A stretch of DNA of 64,000 bases from a virus. Of the stretch, positions 20,401 through 27,520 are shown in pieces. The stretch's first letter is position 1. Each line of letters opens with the position of its first letter. A model generated the notes under the pieces. That model had not been told where the DNA came from and ran no database searches. It was given only the letters and a program-made list of their open reading frames with translations. A program made the position numbers and the translations under genes. The stretch is from IMG/VR virus record IMGVR_UViG_3300027736_000020, positions 64,001-128,000 of that record; one strand, written 5' to 3'.

Positions 20401-20580
20401 ACCCTTTGAGTTAATGACTCCTTCACGAACTTGTCTTTCAAGCCCTTCTGGGGTAAGACCTGCAGTTGTTGCTTGCCATGATCCAAAAACAGAAGCACTG
20501 GAGAGCCCAGCTCCCAGCACTCCCTTCATGACCCCTGTACCCAAGCTTCCTAGATACGGTAAAAGACTCGGTCCGCCCAT
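17446..20580 (-). CDS. Tape measure protein with lytic transglycosylase (SLT) domain
   Basis: 1044 aa, A/G/Q-rich helical sequence after the chaperones. SLT motifs LLFALMKEESHFDVNAENPVSSATGLFQI at about 17820-18290; typical TMP C-terminal motif AAGGEV...VIVGEKGPEVYVP...GRILPN. Confidence 0.85.
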   Translation of the reverse strand: MGGPSLLPYLGSLGTGVMKGVLGAGLSSASVFGSWQATTAGLTPEGLERQVREGVINSKGNDYELGQFSRQIRDIGMSLTDFRTKVQQVSTGLGTSVAEHTRFMTSSMRELQGFTDSISASTRVVRSQVSAGDTIASARMTGMNLNQYGQVVDALRGSGLVGTFGRGQGYGATEIGFNRNFGAAIGQGQFGALRDQALQNAASSALGQVASGGRNISIGNAIDTQTSIFQASQGMGQLNNQRDASMIGFGTQAIQKFDASLVSRGAIGSTQLPGMMVAGYDSARQGLLQRTNSELESVEKQLQGTKFSNSAEDQAAKEELEARQSKLIDQQKTYSAPTSPMSINRALRGGDPNLRNEMIATMVKSFTGKDDKGIIDDSLENDMVYGIVAQQMGVETGAAGVEQILKARAATNSPEAQRARQRTLNNNPNQFTRVFESNDTNTQEQREKGMQLQKSLIPILSSSNEGKAFDEELAGWVNNQGIFKNQKVQDELITQLGDVRSAGVKAGQDEDTIRQAQAGKIHEFIRSRVIDPSGNQRTGADQEIFSDRVGKNQLTSPMVEGGELTRANEMLGSAITSITSTFQTGADSLSSAIAKLYTAISLGQPIDKPIASLAGAAVNTAITGPIILGKGITDAGSAVIGNIVAPTKAITDIANAAITGGARAFDTGAIPQARTAMIAQPIEARAFGGPVYRGMRASMQTGEALVSKDNSWGMTSTLDQEHPFIPQYDSYVVSAKDLKDSMSKVPLQSNEVDFVNRHPEGIEFFKERAMQASAASGKYGPGTVDPRLLFALMKEESHFDVNAENPVSSATGLFQILAPSKSKEDRNPFHNPVFSADIAGKMIAEKINMFDKVTYDENGNEQLIRSTVYNQGMISGKQRSFDAIDKTLLLWHGSYAKSGTPGFSDENPESTLDWLDRVREAYTLEGGKPRDFTGTSVTKDDLYVISDLAQKAAGGEVLGRSPVIVGEKGPEVYVPGGNGRILPNDFLNSLNNDRGQSQQSISHKMTIEFVNSSGDSLGSTEVDLMAAISHYAILNPSKQIVRAT

Positions 20581-20586
20581 GTTTTT

Positions 20587-21234
20587 CTAGCCTTCGTCGG
20601 TTTTTTCTTCTTCTTCCTTGACCCACTTCCAGAAGTCTTCATCATCAAGACCGAATTCGCTTTCCTCGTTCTTTACCATGCCTCCTTGTGATTTTCGTAT
20701 TGGTGTCTTGAGATGTGGAGGGATGTTTGGATTTATACTTTCTTCTGGAACAGAAAGTTCCTCTGAATCTTCTTCTTCAAATTCTTCTTGATTTCTTCTC
20801 TTTCCACTCTTCAGATCCGAATTGCTTACGGTGTTTGAATCAGTATACTGAAATCCATTCGGAGCAGGAAGAGCGCCTCCAAATTGTTTCAATAATATGA
20901 ACGATGGCATATTGAATTTTATATCTTTGTTTTTAAAATCACGTAATCCATATTGAATTTCATGATAATATTGTCTTCGGTAAAAATCCCTCATTGCCTC
21001 CTCTTCAGAAACTTGGGTAAACCGAGGATCATTTATTGAAAAATTGTATTGAATTCTATACCACTCAAGGATGTCCGAAGATAGAACATCAAGAAGTGCT
21101 TGTTTCTTGATGAATTCCTCACTTGCTGGGTCTGGAAACTCGAAAAGATCCCCTCCATGATTCCCACTCACGATAATAATGAGAAAGATCATCAAATTCG
21201 TAAATGTTTTCCAAGAACTTGTCAATATTTCCAT
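20587..21234 (-). CDS. Tail assembly chaperone, GT-type extension (probably translated from about 21141 via +1 frameshift)
   Basis: Lies between the chaperone and the TMP. WYRIQYNFSINDPRFTQVSEEE resembles the second chaperone of SPO1/K-like phages. The ATG at 21234 has no RBS and its first 31 codons lie inside the upstream gene. Confidence 0.7.
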   Translation of the reverse strand: MEILTSSWKTFTNLMIFLIIIVSGNHGGDLFEFPDPASEEFIKKQALLDVLSSDILEWYRIQYNFSINDPRFTQVSEEEAMRDFYRRQYYHEIQYGLRDFKNKDIKFNMPSFILLKQFGGALPAPNGFQYTDSNTVSNSDLKSGKRRNQEEFEEEDSEELSVPEESINPNIPPHLKTPIRKSQGGMVKNEESEFGLDDEDFWKWVKEEEEKTDEG

Positions 21235-21550
21235 TACAATACGCAGGAAGATATCCCGGAGCTTGTGTAACCATCTGAAGCATGATAGACATCCATGTCA
21301 TTTCATAAGTGCGTTGATCAACGGTGGATCCTTGCAACGCCAAAGCAACCGCTTTTCCTGCGGTTCTTTGAAGATTGAGATGTCCCCTGACCACACCAAT
21401 TGTTCCACATGGGCCGTCAATCTCGTGACACTTTGAAGGATCGTATGACACAGAGTCTTTTGTATACGCAGGCTTCGGAGGTTCTGATGCCTTTGCAATG
21501 ACAGCCGTAATGCTTTCCTTTTCAACGATGGATGTTGTTTCTTCGCTCAA
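21119..21550 (-). CDS. Tail assembly chaperone (gpG-like)
   Basis: Position between tube and TMP. Likely TTG start at 21550 behind AAGGAG, giving 143 aa (the track start is 21574). Confidence 0.75.
   Translation of the reverse strand: MSEETTSIVEKESITAVIAKASEPPKPAYTKDSVSYDPSKCHEIDGPCGTIGVVRGHLNLQRTAGKAVALALQGSTVDQRTYEMTWMSIMLQMVTQAPGYLPAYCNGNIDKFLENIYEFDDLSHYYREWESWRGSFRVSRPSK
21139..21154 (-). other. Putative programmed +1 ribosomal frameshift site AGG GGA TCT TTT CGA G
   Basis: Sits in the overlap of the two chaperone ORFs, and the downstream ORF is in the +1 frame. SD-like AGGGG 3 nt before TTT, TTT->TTC re-pairing possible, CGA in the A site. Confidence 0.65.
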
Positions 21551-21578
21551 TGTATTTCTCCTTGTGAAATGCATGCTC

Positions 21579-21587
21579 AGTATAACA
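21579..21587 (-). promoter_or_regulatory. Putative extended -10 promoter TGTTATACT
   Basis: TGn-TATACT immediately downstream of the tube terminator and about 29 nt upstream of the chaperone start. Confidence 0.4.
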
Positions 21588-21620
21588 TAAAAACCACCCG
21601 TAAATCCGAGTGGTTTTTAT
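21587..21620 (-). terminator. Intrinsic terminator after tail tube gene (possibly bidirectional)
   Basis: ATAAAAACCACTCG-GATTTA-CGGGTGGTTTTTAT inverted repeat (one G-U pair) with T tracts on both strands. Confidence 0.8.
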
Positions 21621-21643
21621 TTGCGTTTGCCACAAGAAAACTT

Positions 21644-22408
21644 CTATCCTCTGGAATACAAAGAGCTTTCCGCAGAATCCTTGTCTCTTGCATAAAATGT
21701 CACATTGTGCATGAGCACACGATTCGCATCAATGTTGAGATCTCCACCAGCAAAGAAACAATCCTTGTACTTGACAATGGTTCTTGGCCATCTGTTGACA
21801 GCCGGTGTGGAACCCGCTGCATCGACGTGAGAGACTGTTCCTCCTGCAGCGTTCTTAGTGGCTTCGTTACCAGTGTACAGCTGGGCATCCTTGACCTCTA
21901 TATCAAAAACCTTGGAATGGATCACTCTCCAGACTTGAGAAAAGTCTTTGGTTGCGTCCGGACCATTGATTACGTTTCTTGCGCTATTATCTGATGTGGG
22001 GAGCAAATCAAGATTGTCCGCCGCTGTGTCGGTACTAGATCCATATGGCTGAGCCTGCTTATTGTACATTGCGGCACCCGGATCCATTTCCATGTATCCA
22101 TCACCCAATGCATCCCTGCCTCCCCCTGACTTCAGCAGGCCAAAGGATCCAGCTCCCGTAGGCTCAAGTCCCAGCTTTGAAAGACTGATGTTGCGCAACA
22201 CAAGAACAGAAATGGTAATTTCGTGTCGTGCATGCATGGGAACATATTCAATGGTCTGGAGTTGACCAATCACGTTGACGGGTTCAAGTCCATAATCGTC
22301 ACGGAAACGTGCGGATTGTGCAAAGGCAATGGGAAAACCATCCATGTAGATGACGACCTTTCCTCCTGTCCGTACGCCTGTATTCCAAAGCTTCGCTGTT
22401 GTTGTCAT
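21644..22408 (-). CDS. Tail tube protein
   Basis: Follows the sheath. RTGGKVVIYMDGFPIAFAQSARFRDDYGLEPVNVIGQLQTIEYVP...KYKDCFF...NRVLMHNVTF matches the pattern of SPO1/K-like tube proteins, with two insertions. Confidence 0.85.
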   Translation of the reverse strand: MTTTAKLWNTGVRTGGKVVIYMDGFPIAFAQSARFRDDYGLEPVNVIGQLQTIEYVPMHARHEITISVLVLRNISLSKLGLEPTGAGSFGLLKSGGGRDALGDGYMEMDPGAAMYNKQAQPYGSSTDTAADNLDLLPTSDNSARNVINGPDATKDFSQVWRVIHSKVFDIEVKDAQLYTGNEATKNAAGGTVSHVDAAGSTPAVNRWPRTIVKYKDCFFAGGDLNIDANRVLMHNVTFYARDKDSAESSLYSRG

Positions 22409-22427
22409 GTCATTTTCTTCCTTTTCT

Positions 22428-25400
22428 TTACAAGATATGTGCGGTGATAAGCAGGTAATTTGCGGGAATTGCCGGACTTATGGAGAAGTCCACATAGATT
22501 GCATCACCAACGGTGCGCACATCAAGATCTTTGTACGCCGGATTGAATGCATTTCCCACAATCAGTCCTGCGCTATCTGCATAGATAAGAGTCGTATTGA
22601 CCCTTCTTGTAATCTCCTGAATGAGCGCTCCATCCAATCTCGACCCAACAAGATCTCGTACGGAATTCCTGACTCGTTTCATGACAATATCTGCACAACG
22701 CATCGTGCTGATTTCGCGTCTGACATAACGTGTATCACCGGTCCATGTCGTCAATGACTGGGCAACGACAAATCCGCGAGAAGCCTCATATTTTATTGCA
22801 AGAACTCCATTGGCCGCAAGATCGTCAATATCGGACGGTTTGGCAATTGTTTCCAAAGCCAACAGGTTGACAGTCTTGTTTGTAAGCGGAATTGATGGAT
22901 CCCTCTGCGCATAGAGAAGTCCGGCAATATATGGGGCAAGATAAACAGGAGACCATGTAATAAGGTTTCCATCTTCGTCATAATCCTTGATTCCCGGCCA
23001 GACAACAACGGCTCGTTTGTCATTGAATGAAGAGGCAAGCGTCTTGACATCTGTAACGCTCTGCCCTGAAGGACCACCAAAGACCGCAAAGCGTTCCTTC
23101 TTTCCAGTTGGAAGCGCCATGTTCTTGCAATGCTCAAGCACTGCAGACTGAATGACCGAGTTAGCGGTCATTGGACAGATAACTTCGACTGTTTCTGCGC
23201 TTTCCAGTTGCGTCAATGCATAGTCCCAGTGATAGGCAGTAACGGCACTCTGTACCGCACCAGAAAATCCATATGATCCGTTGGCGATGGATGATGCAGT
23301 GCCTGTTTTCACAACAGAGAAATGCGGAGAGTACACATCACCGAGGAGTGTCTGATAAATGCGATAGATGTTTCCCCGTAGAATAGTATTCGCAGTAGAG
23401 GAAGCCACAGCAATGGCAGAAGAACTTGGAACTGTTGTTTCAGCAAGAATGTCAAGATTTGTCGAAGAAAATCCAGCGTCTGTATTGCCAGATGCAAGAG
23501 ACAATTTCCAGCCAGTTCCGTTTGCAATATAGCCTTGATTTACTTTTTGAATGATTGAAGAAAGCTGAGGATATTTTGCCCACGTCAACTGGTCTGTTGT
23601 ATTATCAAGTCTGAAGTTTGACCCGGAAATGTCTGTGGGAACACTTGTGTAAGTAACCGTTCCTGTTCCCTTTCCTCCGGCAGCTGATGCGGTAAAACTA
23701 GTGCCTACTGCGTTAGGTGTTGTTCCGGAAGAACCCAACAGTCTGAAATCTGTTGCAAATGCGGTAGTGAATGTTACCTTGTCTGTAACCGCAGCAATGG
23801 GAGCAACAGGCGCAGTCGGAACTCCATATCCTGTTTGTCCAGCAACAGTGACAGTGATCGTGTACGCTGTACCGTTATCTGACACCGATGCAATGACAGG
23901 ATTTAGACCGAGGGAAGAAACAGGAGTTGCCGTTCCTGCCGTAGCAACTGCTGCGACAGTACTGGTATTTGCAATAGTAAACGATGTTCCTGAAATGCTT
24001 GTATTGACTACATGCGTACCGTTATACTCAGTAGGACTAAGACCAGCTAACTTTACCAACGTTCCCGGAGGAAACTGATATCCTGCACCATGAGTAACAG
24101 TCCAAATCGTTCCGTTTGTCGTAATTGCCCCTGTAGCAACAGTTGCAGGAGTGGTTGCTGCTACAGTTATGACAGAAGTCGGATTGATTATTCCATTGGA
24201 AACCAATGCGCCAGTAAGAGCATACGTCCATCCATAGGCTATGGAATACTGGCAGGATGCAATGGTGCCCGTTGAGTCTGTAAGAAGAGTCTGTGCATCT
24301 GTGACGCTGACAATTTTCGCAACAGTTGAAAAAGCTACCATTGTTGTTGAGACAACGGTCTGGCTTGTTGCAGCACCGTTTACTTGCACGGTGTAGGTGC
24401 CAACACCAGTTGTGCCTGTTCCCAATGCGCTGATTTTTGTTCCGGGAAGGACTCCAGTTCCGCCAATCGCCACATTGACGCCAAGAGTAGCTGTTGCAGC
24501 GGTGACGGTCAATGTTGTTCCAGAAATTGATCCAGTAAATACACCCCCATCTCCAAAGGTAATTGTTCCTTCGGTCATGATTCCAGAAAATCCAGTTCCT
24601 GTTACCGTATATCCAGCTCGCGATACAGTATTCACTGCTGTCGCAGGAATCACGCTTGTTCCTGCGGTGACTGTTCCAACGGTCATCGCTGAGTTGGCAT
24701 TTAATGCATTGCTGGTTAATGTTGCTGTTTTGACAACGTTAGCGGGAGCGGTGTTTTGCGAGATTGTGTAGTATCTTCCCTGTACAAGATTCCCTGCGGT
24801 TACCGTAGATGTCTCTGAAGGATTTCCCGATGTTGCTGTCAGCTCAATTCCTGTTCCTGTTATTCTTACCTTGGGAATAATCGATGCAAGGTTTGCCGCT
24901 GCATTGACATTACTAGCGCCATCATTGTTGATATACTCAACCTTGAGCAAATCCAATCCGACATTATCCGTGACAAAAGTCGCACCTCCATCACGAGTCA
25001 ATGTGATTTTCTTGTATCCGGTTTTTCCATTGGAGGCATTTGCAAGTGACAATAGCCAAGAATTTCCGTAGTAGCCATATTCCTTCGCTGTCAAGGTAAA
25101 AGGGGAAAATGAAGTGGTTGCTTGCGAAGCAGTCGCAGCAATTGACGAACCTGCTGCAGTGGTTGTGGTAATAGGACTTCCGATTCGTACGGCAATGACT
25201 CTTGGAGCGCCAGCATTGAACGCCTTCCTGAGACCAAAAACCAAAGGATTGGTTACGGGATCTGGGTCTCCATAATAGGCAAGTGCGGTATTGTAATTGC
25301 TGAAAGCCAACGGCTTGCCGGGTTCTCCTCGCACAGCTTCACCCATGATGACCATCTCTGGTCCAGTGCTTGGCGCTGCTGCGAATGATGCATTATTGTC

Positions 25401-25460
25401 ATCAATGTAGGATGCTACTCCCGGAGCGATCAATGTTACTCCATTAAATGAAACTGCCAT
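22428..25460 (-). CDS. Tail sheath protein with large modular insertion
   Basis: N-terminal PGVASYID...IMGEAVRGEPGKP...AGAPRVIAVRIG; C-terminal EHCKNM...RFAVFGG...FNDKRAVVVWPG...GVLAIKY...SLTTWT...EISTMRCAD...VDFSISPAIPANYLLIT. These are contractile sheath motifs; 1010 aa. Confidence 0.9.
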   Translation of the reverse strand: MAVSFNGVTLIAPGVASYIDDNNASFAAAPSTGPEMVIMGEAVRGEPGKPLAFSNYNTALAYYGDPDPVTNPLVFGLRKAFNAGAPRVIAVRIGSPITTTTAAGSSIAATASQATTSFSPFTLTAKEYGYYGNSWLLSLANASNGKTGYKKITLTRDGGATFVTDNVGLDLLKVEYINNDGASNVNAAANLASIIPKVRITGTGIELTATSGNPSETSTVTAGNLVQGRYYTISQNTAPANVVKTATLTSNALNANSAMTVGTVTAGTSVIPATAVNTVSRAGYTVTGTGFSGIMTEGTITFGDGGVFTGSISGTTLTVTAATATLGVNVAIGGTGVLPGTKISALGTGTTGVGTYTVQVNGAATSQTVVSTTMVAFSTVAKIVSVTDAQTLLTDSTGTIASCQYSIAYGWTYALTGALVSNGIINPTSVITVAATTPATVATGAITTNGTIWTVTHGAGYQFPPGTLVKLAGLSPTEYNGTHVVNTSISGTSFTIANTSTVAAVATAGTATPVSSLGLNPVIASVSDNGTAYTITVTVAGQTGYGVPTAPVAPIAAVTDKVTFTTAFATDFRLLGSSGTTPNAVGTSFTASAAGGKGTGTVTYTSVPTDISGSNFRLDNTTDQLTWAKYPQLSSIIQKVNQGYIANGTGWKLSLASGNTDAGFSSTNLDILAETTVPSSSAIAVASSTANTILRGNIYRIYQTLLGDVYSPHFSVVKTGTASSIANGSYGFSGAVQSAVTAYHWDYALTQLESAETVEVICPMTANSVIQSAVLEHCKNMALPTGKKERFAVFGGPSGQSVTDVKTLASSFNDKRAVVVWPGIKDYDEDGNLITWSPVYLAPYIAGLLYAQRDPSIPLTNKTVNLLALETIAKPSDIDDLAANGVLAIKYEASRGFVVAQSLTTWTGDTRYVRREISTMRCADIVMKRVRNSVRDLVGSRLDGALIQEITRRVNTTLIYADSAGLIVGNAFNPAYKDLDVRTVGDAIYVDFSISPAIPANYLLITAHIL

Positions 25461-25503
25461 ATCGTTCTCCTTTTATCGTTGTTTCTTTTTACTATTTTCT
25501 CAT

Positions 25504-25929
25504 TTATATGGGTTCATGCATCCAGCTTGTGAATTGATGCTCCCAAAATGAAGGGGGCGCGTAATACCATCCATTTCTTGCGGCTATGATCCTGAATCCA
25601 GCAAGCAAAGGGCGGGAATGATATTTCAATTCCTCTATCCATTCATCATATGAACAGGCTCTTTCTGCTTCCGGCTCCGGAGGAGGATCACCAACCCACT
25701 CAGCTAATGGCTGCACAGGAACAGGAACTCTTCCTCTTGTGAGGAAGAAGATGTGTTCGCGTAATGCTTCCTCTTCCTCTGCTTGCTGCAATGCAAGCGC
25801 TTCTGCGCTTGGTTCGACAACCGCTTCGGCCACTGGTTCTTCAGCTACAACTTCCTCAACAGGCGCATCTTCCACGATTGTCTCCTCGCTTGTCTCACCA
25901 ACAACTGGTGTTTTTCTGGACCTTGCCAT
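25504..25929 (-). CDS. Hypothetical protein (acidic N-terminus)
   Basis: 141 aa between the tail completion gene and the sheath; GGAG RBS. Confidence 0.65.
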   Translation of the reverse strand: MARSRKTPVVGETSEETIVEDAPVEEVVAEEPVAEAVVEPSAEALALQQAEEEEALREHIFFLTRGRVPVPVQPLAEWVGDPPPEPEAERACSYDEWIEELKYHSRPLLAGFRIIAARNGWYYAPPSFWEHQFTSWMHEPI

Positions 25930-25949
25930 TTTTGTTCTCCAATTTTATT

Positions 25950-26600
25950 TTATGTGTTTACCGTACCCAATTCAATGCTTGAGGCAAATCCATATTTACC
26001 AAAGGAGCTTCCTCTCCATTGATGAATGTAACTACACGTAACACTAAGTGTTCTGGCAAATGCAACATTAGGAAGAAAGTTTTGATCAGGACGAAGGTCT
26101 CCACCGGAATACGATAGATCCGTGATTCCCATTTGTTCATAGGGCACAATGTATGGCTCGTTGCTTGTGGGAGTTTCTCCCTCAGCAAGAGCCCGTTGAA
26201 TAACCAGATACATTGCGGTGATCATGTCTGAATTTGGAGCGACAAGAAAAAAATTGAATCTTGCCGTCTTTATCCTTCCATGCAAGTCATAGTGAGCAGT
26301 CTCAATACCCTTGGCATCATAGGAGGTATCCTGACCCATGTAATTGCCAAGTACCTGCTGCCTGTCCGATTCAATATCCATTGTCTGCGCAACGATGGGA
26401 GGAGTCTGGGTAAGCAGACTCCATCCCTTGCCAATCGTCCACTCGAATCGATCATCCATGAGCCATTTCTTGGTCATGACCTTGCTTTTCTCGTCAAGGA
26501 AGTAGAAGATCTCATCGAGTTTTTCGGGAAATTCCCCAGCACGCATTCGCTTGTAGAAATCATTGATCCTGTTGATGAACACGTACTCGGCAACAGACAT
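25950..26600 (-). CDS. Tail completion/terminator-like protein
   Basis: 216 aa upstream of the sheath. Alternating beta pattern (ARFNFFLVAPNSDMITAMYLVIQRAL...FARTLSVTCSY). Assignment is by position and fold-like pattern. Confidence 0.55.
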   Translation of the reverse strand: MSVAEYVFINRINDFYKRMRAGEFPEKLDEIFYFLDEKSKVMTKKWLMDDRFEWTIGKGWSLLTQTPPIVAQTMDIESDRQQVLGNYMGQDTSYDAKGIETAHYDLHGRIKTARFNFFLVAPNSDMITAMYLVIQRALAEGETPTSNEPYIVPYEQMGITDLSYSGGDLRPDQNFLPNVAFARTLSVTCSYIHQWRGSSFGKYGFASSIELGTVNT

Positions 26601-26604
26601 GATA

Positions 26605-26985
26605 TTAGCTTCGCACCGCAGAGAAATGAGCAGTTACATTCGATGCTGCAGTCAATCGGTAATACCTGAACGCAGTTGCCGTATTGAAATTAAATGTCTG
26701 TACCGTTGCTGCCGCAGTTGTACTGCAAATGGTTAGAAATGTCGATCCATCAAGAGATCCTTGCACATTAATTATTGTTGCTGTCTTACTGTCAACAACA
26801 AAACTATTTCGGCCCGGAAGATCATAAATATCACTTGCCTGCGACGCATTCAAGGCATTCAAGATAACCGTTGGTACTACAGACAAATACCAATACCTCA
26901 TTGCATCATTGACATCATCAATTACAAAGGATCCACTTGGCAATGTGGTAAGTTTTGCCAGTCTTGCTTGTCCTAGTGTAGCCAT
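26605..26985 (-). CDS. Hypothetical, possible small virion protein
   Basis: 126 aa, beta-rich C-terminus (INVQGSLDGSTFLTI...AFRYYRL). Confidence 0.6.
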   Translation of the reverse strand: MATLGQARLAKLTTLPSGSFVIDDVNDAMRYWYLSVVPTVILNALNASQASDIYDLPGRNSFVVDSKTATIINVQGSLDGSTFLTICSTTAAATVQTFNFNTATAFRYYRLTAASNVTAHFSAVRS

Positions 26986-27431
26986 CAGTTTTCCTCAACT
27001 CTCGCGAAATGATCCGGATACTTTTCAACCATGTAATCCACAGCATATTTGGGAAGCGCAATTGGTTCATGATTCCTGACAACAAAACTCATGATTTCAC
27101 CATTGGGATGACGTTCAAGAACGTCAAATTCAATCGACGATGAAGCTGAATACGCAGGAATCTCTTCGGGAATCCAACGAATGTGATGCATCATTTTTTC
27201 TTCCGGCAATATCTCTGGAGGACGCTGATCTGATTGATCAGAAAGTTGCACGGCAGATCGTGAAGATACGGACTTTGCCGCTTCTTCCGCAATCATGATT
27301 GCAAGTTTTGGATCAGCACCATTTTCTATGGATTGAATTGCCTGAAGAGCAATCTCCTGCTGCTTCTCACTTGAAATTCTCAATCTCTCCCTTGCTTCCT
27401 CTGCAAGCTGTTCTGCACTTTTTCTGGCCAT
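26985..27431 (-). CDS. Hypothetical protein downstream of major capsid
   Basis: 148 aa; GGAAAGAGGA RBS; stop/start overlap with the next gene. Confidence 0.65.
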   Translation of the reverse strand: MARKSAEQLAEEARERLRISSEKQQEIALQAIQSIENGADPKLAIMIAEEAAKSVSSRSAVQLSDQSDQRPPEILPEEKMMHHIRWIPEEIPAYSASSSIEFDVLERHPNGEIMSFVVRNHEPIALPKYAVDYMVEKYPDHFARVEEN

Positions 27432-27448
27432 GAAAATCCTCTTTCCTG

Positions 27449-27496
27449 AAAAAGAAAAACCGCCGGGAATGGTTACCCGTTTCCCCGGCGGTTTCT
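27449..27496 (-). terminator. Intrinsic terminator after major capsid gene
   Basis: GAAACCGCCGGGGAAACGGGTAACCATTCCCGGCGGTTTTTCTTTTT: GC-rich stem followed by a U tract, 25 nt after the MCP stop. Confidence 0.85.
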
Positions 27497-27520
27497 CAAC
27501 GCTATTGAAGTATAGCAGTA

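Noticed and set aside
20587-21234. Independent ATG start at 21234 for the second chaperone ORF
   Set aside because: No RBS, a 116-nt overlap with the upstream gene, and an N-terminus that looks like off-frame hydrophobic sequence; the frameshift explains it better.
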